64,000 nucleotides of DNA. It comes from a virus. Positions 57,593 through 64,000 of the stretch are shown here, piece after piece (position 1 is the stretch's first letter; the number at the start of each line of letters is the position of its first letter). Under the pieces are notes generated by a model. The model saw only the letters and a program-made list of their open reading frames with translations, was not told where the DNA came from and did no database searches. Position numbers and translations under genes: made by a program. The stretch spans positions 32,001 through 96,000 of the IMG/VR virus record IMGVR_UViG_3300030419_005456, one strand, 5' to 3'.

Positions 57593-58562
57593 CTAGCACC
57601 TCCAATCCATGAATAGAATGACGTATGTCATTTTCCAGTTGTATCTCTTTTACAAAATCCGAAAGAAACAGATCGTAAACCAATATTCTTGCGGGCGAAG
57701 AGCCAACAAAAAGAAGGTTTTTGTGTTTAGCTAAACCTCTGTTCCAGTTGTTTACTGCTATGTCGTCAACACAGAATTTCGTATCCTTTGCTCTAGGAAT
57801 CTGAGCAACGTCAAACCTTAATCCACCAAGCTGTTTTGTAGCTATACCCAAAGAACTAAACGTAGTGAAGTTCGTTACGATGCAGTCCTCGTACTCATAA
57901 AAGTTATGTATAAAACTAGAAGCCTTGGAAACTACCGCTCCCGGTTTTGCTATACCGAACTCTTTAAGAACTTCGCCAGATACGTATGGCATTGGAATGT
58001 AGCTTTCACTCATGTCGTGAAAATCATACAAGCCGGTTAGCAGTCCAGAAAAAAGAAGCCTGCCGTTATGCTCGCATATAGAATTTATGTGGTAATTGTC
58101 ATTTTCAGATTTGTCTTTTGGGTCTATTTCTCGCAAACCCGTCAACACCTTGTGATCCGATTTACTTTCTCCAAGGACTTCCCAAAAACCTTTCACATTA
58201 AAGTCTAAGTCAACTTTTACTATTGCATCATAGGCTGTAGAAGTAGCCCACAGATGATCATCAAAATAGCATATCTCGTGAATAGACTTGAAGACTTCTG
58301 GATCTTTGTGTGTTCTTTTTATTTCATATGTATGTTTATCTAATTCAATAAACCCAGCAGAATCAGATACGATAATGCGATCAGGAAGAACGCAAATGCC
58401 ACGAAGACCTCTTTCTCCTCCACGCTCATTATCGTTAACAAAATCTCTTTCATAAGGCGCATAGTGCAAGACCTCCTCTGTATCAAGGTCTATTACATAA
58501 AGGCCGCCGTGAACATCGCCTTGCTTGGCGGCTCTAACCACCGTTGTGCAAATTATCTTCAT
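57576..58562 (-). CDS. Beta-propeller-like protein
   Basis: Repeated blade motifs (GLRGI, SIHEI, HINSI, FIHN, WNRGL, SIHGL); likely start MKIICT at 58562. Confidence 0.6.
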   Translation of the reverse strand: MKIICTTVVRAAKQGDVHGGLYVIDLDTEEVLHYAPYERDFVNDNERGGERGLRGICVLPDRIIVSDSAGFIELDKHTYEIKRTHKDPEVFKSIHEICYFDDHLWATSTAYDAIVKVDLDFNVKGFWEVLGESKSDHKVLTGLREIDPKDKSENDNYHINSICEHNGRLLFSGLLTGLYDFHDMSESYIPMPYVSGEVLKEFGIAKPGAVVSKASSFIHNFYEYEDCIVTNFTTFSSLGIATKQLGGLRFDVAQIPRAKDTKFCVDDIAVNNWNRGLAKHKNLLFVGSSPARILVYDLFLSDFVKEIQLENDIRHSIHGLEVLDATGH

Positions 58563-59415
58563 TATAAAAGCTTGCTGTAAAGTCCTGATAGGGTTTAGAA
58601 ACGTGAGTAAAATCAAAAGCATGATAGTCTATGATGTTACCTTTTAGGTATCTAGCATTAACGGTATCTATAGATATATCAAGGTTGCTTGGTACTGTTT
58701 CCGTTAATTTTACCATAGAGTTATGTAATACCACACTGTATTCTGGAGACGCCATCAGTGGCGAAGTCCCAGAAAAGTTACCGCTGTATAAATTGTCTTG
58801 CATTATTTTTTCAAAGTACTCTGGGTCTTTAACTTCTGATTTTTTTAGTGCATTAATAAGTATGTTCTTGTGATAAATATGGCCATTGGTTGAAAAAGGC
58901 ATGCTAAAGTTTGTGTAATTTTCTACTTTTGTGGCATCCCACAACAAAAATTTATCGAATACAAATTCACCCTCTGTTGGAATTGGTGAAAAATATTCTT
59001 CTCTTTCGTAAGGGTTTTGTATTACAGTATTGTTTCCCAGTCTTAGCGACAGGGAGGACAAAACGTAGGTTTTAAAGAGTTTCTTTATTAACCGATAAGA
59101 CCCAACTCTTTCAAAAAGAATGTTCTCGTCATTAAATAAGCAGCATAAGTCTCTACCTTTGGATACACACTTGTAGATATCTTCATTTATATTTGTTGAG
59201 TTTCTCAACTTCCATTTGATTGGAAAGTTAACGTTAAACATATGTTTGTTGTAGAAGTGGTTTTGCGTCTTTATATAACCACGAGCAAACAGATCGTCAG
59301 TATAATCATACAGGACGGTTATGTCGAATAGATTGCCACCATTTATTTGTAAGCTATCTAATAAAAGTCTAAGCTGTGCGGGTCTATCTTTTGAAAGAAT
59401 TACAGTGGTAATCAT
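58534..59415 (-). CDS. GT-A-like glycosyltransferase
   Basis: ILSKDRPAQL..LLDS, FNDE, SLRLG, PFSTNGHIY. Confidence 0.6.
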   Translation of the reverse strand: MITTVILSKDRPAQLRLLLDSLQINGGNLFDITVLYDYTDDLFARGYIKTQNHFYNKHMFNVNFPIKWKLRNSTNINEDIYKCVSKGRDLCCLFNDENILFERVGSYRLIKKLFKTYVLSSLSLRLGNNTVIQNPYEREEYFSPIPTEGEFVFDKFLLWDATKVENYTNFSMPFSTNGHIYHKNILINALKKSEVKDPEYFEKIMQDNLYSGNFSGTSPLMASPEYSVVLHNSMVKLTETVPSNLDISIDTVNARYLKGNIIDYHAFDFTHVSKPYQDFTASFYNEDNLHNGG

Positions 59416-60407
59416 CTAAGTGCGCTCATACTTGGCGGTAGATCGTTTGAACTATACATTTGCGGAGCGGGTTGGGTCTCATAAAACCATCTAGCAGTAA
59501 CATCCAGCCCGTCTTCAAGAGATACGGACGGTGTAAAACCAAGAACCGTCTTTGCTCTGGACGTATCTAAAGATCTTCTTTTCTGACCGTAAGCTGCCTC
59601 TAGCTTCCATTCTATACTACCTTTATAATCAAGCATAAGGCACACTTTGTCCAACAAGTCTTTTGTGGATATTTCTGTATCAGAGCCAACATTAATGATA
59701 GAAGGGGCTGTTGGTTTTTCTAAAGCTAGTGTGATTGCGTCAGCCGCATCGTCTACAAATAATAGATCTCTAGTAGAGCTTGAATCACCCCACACTTCAA
59801 GAGGTGATAATCCCCGTCCAACACAGTATCTAACTTTAGTGAGAAAAGATGGTATCATTTTGTTGGTGTGTGGATCGAAGTTATCTTCAGGACCGTAAAG
59901 ATCCGCTAAAATAAGAGTTGTAGAATCTATACCAAACTGTTTTTTATAACCATCTAAAAGCGTTACGATAGCTTTTTTTGCAATCGCATAATGTGATTTG
60001 ACTGGATGTGGTTGACCGTTCCAAAAATCTTCTTCTTTAAAGGGAACGGGACAATTAGAAGGGTAGGCACAGACATCGCAAACGTTGACAATTTTTTTAC
60101 AGTTATATTGTCGCGCTTCTTCTACCACCATTAGACCCATGTTGAGATTTTCGTACATGAGTCCACCGGGATATTTTGCGTTTGCTCTTATTCCACCGTG
60201 TTTTGCTGCTAGATGTATCACGGCGTCTGGCTTTGTAGAATCGAACAGCCAGCCAATGTTAGCCTTTTCCCCTAAGTCTAACCCCTGCCTGAGACCGCCA
60301 GCAGTAAAGACATGTTCGTAACCCTTTTCCCTTAAGGCTCTTTCTACGGCTTTTCCGAGAAAACCTTGACCGCCTGTAATTAATACGCGGCTACGGTTTG
60401 TAATCAT
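59412..60407 (-). CDS. Second GDP-L-fucose synthase / GDP-sugar epimerase family SDR
   Basis: TGGQGFLG, HLAAKHGGIRAN, CAYP, YAIAK, LYGPEDNF, VWGD. Confidence 0.85.
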   Translation of the reverse strand: MITNRSRVLITGGQGFLGKAVERALREKGYEHVFTAGGLRQGLDLGEKANIGWLFDSTKPDAVIHLAAKHGGIRANAKYPGGLMYENLNMGLMVVEEARQYNCKKIVNVCDVCAYPSNCPVPFKEEDFWNGQPHPVKSHYAIAKKAIVTLLDGYKKQFGIDSTTLILADLYGPEDNFDPHTNKMIPSFLTKVRYCVGRGLSPLEVWGDSSSTRDLLFVDDAADAITLALEKPTAPSIINVGSDTEISTKDLLDKVCLMLDYKGSIEWKLEAAYGQKRRSLDTSRAKTVLGFTPSVSLEDGLDVTARWFYETQPAPQMYSSNDLPPSMSALR

Positions 60408-60766
60408 TATTCTAGCTCTTCTAAAAATTCCACAAGAGTTTCTACGTCCATATTATTGGCGCTTTTTTTGACGTTATGATCTTCGTCCATGATTACAACC
60501 ATTGGGTATTTTTCTATACCGAATTCTTGCACAAGATGCCTATTCTGAGGCTTATTGCAAGTTACGAAAGCTGGTTTTCCACCATGATAAGGTTTAACAG
60601 CTTTTAAGACTTGATCATTAGTCCATGCATGCTCTTTCATTTGCACGCAAAATGGACACCAGTCCGTCATAAACACCACTACTTGATGTGTTTCCTTCTT
60701 TACCATTTTTAAACTCCAAGGTAAAATCCAGAACCTCCAGTCCTTTAGAGGCTCTGGATAGTGCAT
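60407..60766 (-). CDS. Thioredoxin-fold protein
   Basis: WCPFC; FGIEKYP cis-Pro motif. Confidence 0.85.
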   Translation of the reverse strand: MHYPEPLKDWRFWILPWSLKMVKKETHQVVVFMTDWCPFCVQMKEHAWTNDQVLKAVKPYHGGKPAFVTCNKPQNRHLVQEFGIEKYPMVVIMDEDHNVKKSANNMDVETLVEFLEELE

Positions 60767-60774
60767 ACCGCTAA

Positions 60775-60963
60775 CTATTTACCCATAAAGGGCAAAAGGT
60801 TTTTAATAGACTCAGGAGTCCACCAACCTTGGCTCACTCCTAAGAAGAACACTCCAGTACCGACCGTAAGTAAAAACATTATAGGCTTTTCTCTTGCCAT
60901 TTTTAATGGGTGAGTAATGCCATAGATAAGGTTTTTAATTGGTCTACCCTTTACAAAGCTCAT
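60775..60963 (-). CDS. Small single-TM membrane protein
   Basis: IMFLLTVGTGVFFLGV; AAGGGG RBS. Confidence 0.55.
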   Translation of the reverse strand: MSFVKGRPIKNLIYGITHPLKMAREKPIMFLLTVGTGVFFLGVSQGWWTPESIKNLLPFMGK

Positions 60964-60986
60964 ATTATACCCCTTCTAAAAAAGAA

Positions 60987-61166
60987 TTAAGAAGTCTCTC
61001 GGAGACTATCTCCCACAATCCATGCACCCGCCAATAAGGTGACTTGCATGACTGTATCTGGGTTAACTGTACCTTCACCAAAAATAGTGTCAGCACACAC
61101 AACTACCATGCCAGCTACAGCGACCCAAAATCGTCGTGAACTGACCATCGACTTTAACTTTGTCAT
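60987..61166 (-). CDS. 59-aa two-TM holin-like protein (not in the ORF track)
   Basis: MTKLKSMVSSRRFWVAVAGMVVVC...VTLLAGAWIVGDSLRETS; GGAG RBS; SR[RK]FW start resembles small phage holins. Confidence 0.65.
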   Translation of the reverse strand: MTKLKSMVSSRRFWVAVAGMVVVCADTIFGEGTVNPDTVMQVTLLAGAWIVGDSLRETS

Positions 61167-61190
61167 TTAAAATCTCCATTTAAAAACAAG

Positions 61191-61586
61191 TTAGAAAAAA
61201 CCTTTTACTTTATCCAGTATACCACCAAAGCTACTGAAACCGCCACCGGAAACGATAAAATAAATAATAATACCTAATCCTAAGAGCGCTACCAACCATT
61301 TTCTTTTTGCAGCGACAGCATAAGCCTTTTGAGTTATTAGACTTATCCTTTCCAGCCTAAAGTTACGTCTTTCTCCACGCTTGGCTTGTCTCTTTTGTTT
61401 TTTTGAGACTACCTTTTGGTTGTATTCCGCAATCTGATTTATTCTGTTCATGTAAAAATCACTTAAACCTCTTGTAATTGAGCAGCCCAATTGCTTGAGC
61501 AGCATCCCAATAATTATTATACCAAAAACAAACCCTCCAGCCAACACGCCTAGTATAAGTTGAAGGGTTTTTTTTATGAATATCAT
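61191..61586 (-). CDS. Basic membrane protein
   Basis: Two hydrophobic segments flanking a Lys/Arg-rich helix; start uncertain. Confidence 0.55.
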   Translation of the reverse strand: MIFIKKTLQLILGVLAGGFVFGIIIIGMLLKQLGCSITRGLSDFYMNRINQIAEYNQKVVSKKQKRQAKRGERRNFRLERISLITQKAYAVAAKRKWLVALLGLGIIIYFIVSGGGFSSFGGILDKVKGFF

Positions 61587-61591
61587 TAAAG

Positions 61592-62845
61592 TTACTCGAC
61601 GGGGCTACGTTTTCCCCACCCCTGTCTTAGAGTCCTTAAAGCGTTAGCCCCTAAAAACCCCTCAACCTGAACGTCTGTGTACCCAAGAGATGTCAAGTAT
61701 TTGGTTATTCTTGGAAGTTCGGACAAATCTGAAATTTCATCTGGAGGATCAGTAAAGCCATCATAGTCTGTACCAATACCAACACATCCAGAACCACCTA
61801 CATTAATCATGTGGTTCATTGTTTGTTCTATGTGTTTTAATCCTAATCCACTATCTACTGGGGACAACCAATAGTTCATAAATATAATACCTATAACACC
61901 ACCGTTGTCTCCAATCCACTTTATTTCTTTGTCTGTAAGATTGTATGGGTCTCTATGTATTTCAAATGCTCCAGCATGACTAGCAATAATACAATTACCT
62001 TTTTTATGGTGACTGGCTATCTCTAGTATTCTAGATTTTGCTTTTGGCGTACAGTGACAGATGTCTATCAGCATGCCTAGCTCTAGCATTTTTTCTACAA
62101 CTTTTTCTCCAGTTAAAGTTAGACCTTTGTTCATGTCCCATTTGCCTAAAGCTTTTTTCCATTTCATATGGCTCATTGCATATTCTGGATAAGGAAAAAC
62201 TGGGTATGCTATTCTATTGGGATAGAAGTGGGCCAATGTTAAATAAGCTACACCCCTGTTAAAGAAGTGTTCTAGATTGGCTAGTATCTCTTCTTCAACA
62301 TCTTTAGGTGAAGACATGATTTCATCTTCCAAACTTTTTCCTGCTTCGTGACCATGAAGAGAGTGACCTCCTTCTAAGGAGTGAACTACGCACATATCTC
62401 CATTAGCGAGACCTGTGTTTAAAGAATCAACAGAATTAGCAAAACACGCTCGTCTAGCATTAACCCCACGAGTCATGTTATAAGCGTGAATTTGTCTTTC
62501 CATTTCGTCGAGCATGCTATTAGTTGCATCAAAATACGTCGGATCAACCAAAGCCTTTCGCACGCTTGGGAAGAGCCAAAACAAAAACTTAATTAGTTTT
62601 ATGTCGTCTATCCATCCTTGTTCTAGGATGTAGGAGGTGGACAACATAACGTCAACACCTCCAGCATCCATTTTGGGAAAAGTAACCCTATCGCTAAAAG
62701 GCCAAAACTTTCTTTCAAAAAACTTCATAAGAGGTCGTCTCTTTTTAGAGCTTAAGTCTCTATCAAAAGTTACAGCCTTAAGAGCAGGGTGAGTATGCAG
62801 GTCTACCAATGTAGACTTATGGTGAAGTTCTTCCCAATTTTCCAT
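61592..62845 (-). CDS. Peptidase M19 (renal/membrane dipeptidase, amidohydrolase fold)
   Basis: VDLHTH, SLEGGH, YLTLAH, LIDICH, ASH, NLTD, GIGTDYDG, LGANALR; likely start MENWEE at 62845. Confidence 0.88.
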   Translation of the reverse strand: MENWEELHHKSTLVDLHTHPALKAVTFDRDLSSKKRRPLMKFFERKFWPFSDRVTFPKMDAGGVDVMLSTSYILEQGWIDDIKLIKFLFWLFPSVRKALVDPTYFDATNSMLDEMERQIHAYNMTRGVNARRACFANSVDSLNTGLANGDMCVVHSLEGGHSLHGHEAGKSLEDEIMSSPKDVEEEILANLEHFFNRGVAYLTLAHFYPNRIAYPVFPYPEYAMSHMKWKKALGKWDMNKGLTLTGEKVVEKMLELGMLIDICHCTPKAKSRILEIASHHKKGNCIIASHAGAFEIHRDPYNLTDKEIKWIGDNGGVIGIIFMNYWLSPVDSGLGLKHIEQTMNHMINVGGSGCVGIGTDYDGFTDPPDEISDLSELPRITKYLTSLGYTDVQVEGFLGANALRTLRQGWGKRSPVE

Positions 62846-62846
62846 T

Positions 62847-63521
62847 TTATTTGACCTTTCCATATAGTCTTTGTATTCTAGGAATATCATCCTGCATTTG
62901 AGGTACTTCAATGTTACTATTGTAATAGGGATACATTAAAGCGGTATCAAAGGCCGAATGACCTAAACCTAATAAATGTCCAATTTCATGGGCGCAGACA
63001 GCACGAAACAGTGTTCCTGCTTCTTCCGGTGCTAATGTCCAGTTTTCTGCGGAATCGAACATAGACCACAACTGACCGTCATAGTCACGACTAGAGGGTA
63101 GCTGCGCCCAAGCTAAAACCCCTCCGCTTTTTCCAAAGCTACTTCTTCTTCTTCCGCTAGATCCAATAATAATATCAGATTCTTCTATTTTATCGGTCAT
63201 TTCAAACGATAAATTTGTAACTTTAGTCCAGCAATCAAAAGATTTTTTGATTTCTCTGTCCCAAACAGAAGGTACAAAATCGTTATCTCTGTTGAAAATG
63301 TGATAAGTCAGATGAGTATGACCATCCACAGTGTTTGGTCCACCCCACCTGTCAGGGCGAAATTTCTTAACGTCTTGACTAGCAAGTGTAGAACACTCTA
63401 TTCCACACTTTGTAACTAAGTCTCTTCTAAATAAACCCTTTCCTTCAACCTTCTCCGTGTATCCAAAAGTAATACCAAGCATAGAAGCTATGCTGGCCTT
63501 CAATATGTCACGGCGATGCAT
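62847..63521 (-). CDS. Matrixin (peptidase M10) zinc metalloprotease with a twin-arginine signal
   Basis: MHRRDILK + hydrophobic stretch; GGVLAWA, HEIGHLLGLGHS, Met-turn ALMYPYY, DDI..IQRLYG. Confidence 0.9.
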   Translation of the reverse strand: MHRRDILKASIASMLGITFGYTEKVEGKGLFRRDLVTKCGIECSTLASQDVKKFRPDRWGGPNTVDGHTHLTYHIFNRDNDFVPSVWDREIKKSFDCWTKVTNLSFEMTDKIEESDIIIGSSGRRRSSFGKSGGVLAWAQLPSSRDYDGQLWSMFDSAENWTLAPEEAGTLFRAVCAHEIGHLLGLGHSAFDTALMYPYYNSNIEVPQMQDDIPRIQRLYGKVK

Positions 63522-63540
63522 GAGTACCCCTTTCTGTAAA

Positions 63541-63849
63541 TTAATTGTTCAGCTTCTTATCAATCCTTTCCAAAATATCTGCTATTCTTCTTTGGTCTGT
63601 TACTATTTTTGTCATGACATGTTGCATGTCTTTTTGTATTTCAGCCCAACTGCGAGGAACATAAACTAATGGGGTTCCATCTGTATCACATTTTTCGTGA
63701 AGATCATGTAAACCTTTTAGCCAAGTCCTTTCTTCTTGTGTTAGCACTGAACCCTTCGAGTTCGTCTTTGATATTAACATTTCAATAACCTTTATGAGTC
63801 CCATGGTAATAGCAATTACGGCTACTAAAGCTGGCATTTCTGAAGTCAT
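63541..63849 (-). CDS. N-terminally membrane-anchored coiled-coil protein
   Basis: GAAGGG RBS before MTSEMPALVAVIAITMGLI; helical C-terminus. Confidence 0.55.
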   Translation of the reverse strand: MTSEMPALVAVIAITMGLIKVIEMLISKTNSKGSVLTQEERTWLKGLHDLHEKCDTDGTPLVYVPRSWAEIQKDMQHVMTKIVTDQRRIADILERIDKKLNN

Positions 63850-63866
63850 AATATTACCCTTCTGGG

Positions 63867-63907
63867 AAAAAGAAACGGGGGATCTGGCTATTTCCAGAAT
63901 CCCCCGT
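63867..63907 (-). terminator. Intrinsic terminator
   Basis: ACGGGGGATTCTGG / CCAGATCCCCCGT stem followed by TTCTTTTT. Confidence 0.8.
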
Positions 63908-63927
63908 CCCATATAGAAAATCAACAA

Positions 63928-63999
63928 TTAGCCCGTGATGGCGCTATAATCCATCATAGTTTCGCTTACACTACCGTCGCCACTAGTGGACGTACCGGT
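63928..63999 (-). CDS. 3' end of a gene entering from beyond the window (...SETMMDYSAITG*)
   Basis: Open frame ending in TAA just before the terminator. Confidence 0.5.
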   Translation of the reverse strand, partial: TGTSTSGDGSVSETMMDYSAITG

Positions 64000-64000
64000 A

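Noticed and set aside
60963-60973. Third copy of the promoter motif (GGGGTATAATA)
   Set aside because: It runs directly into the ATG, so it is better explained as an AAGGGG RBS plus an AT-rich spacer.
1-64000. Alternative genetic code (TAG or TGA recoding)
   Set aside because: Conserved enzymes are full length in the standard code, and all three stop codons end genes at sensible, coupled positions.
1-64000. CRISPR array, tRNA, rRNA, IS/transposase
   Set aside because: No regularly spaced direct repeats, cloverleafs or transposase motifs were seen by eye; there is little intergenic space. The Cas4-like gene has no cas context.

Overview
AT-rich, very gene-dense 64-kb segment that reads as part of a large (jumbo-type) dsDNA bacteriophage genome, not a cellular chromosome. 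This is an inference from gene content; no rRNA, tRNA, CRISPR array or IS was seen. Positions 1-8951 (+) hold a giant Cys-rich, probably virion protein that is open from base 1 (>2500 aa) and two small genes, ending at a bidirectional terminator. Everything from about 9090 to 64000 is on the minus strand in tightly coupled operons. In transcription order these are: (a) an envelope/protease block (Tat-signal matrixin, M19 dipeptidase, holin-like peptide, thioredoxin) and a small sugar block; (b) nucleotide metabolism (dCMP deaminase, class II RNR with a structured leader RNA, dUTPase, PhoH); (c) recombination/replication (RecA, DnaB, DnaG, dNMP kinase, Cas4-like nuclease, an intein-free split DnaE with a DnaQ-like exonuclease between the halves, SSB, sigma factor); (d) a 27-kb island of about 29 soluble glycosyltransferase, nucleotide-sugar and tailoring genes with no visible polymerase, flippase or initiating transferase; (e) an endonuclease and a Rad52-like annealing protein. 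The best candidates for new biology are the self-contained phage glycosylation system, the split Pol III alpha, the switch-like RNA ahead of nrdJ, an ATT-initiated FmdB-type gene and the Tat-metalloprotease module. All family calls come from motif recognition by eye; no searches were run.
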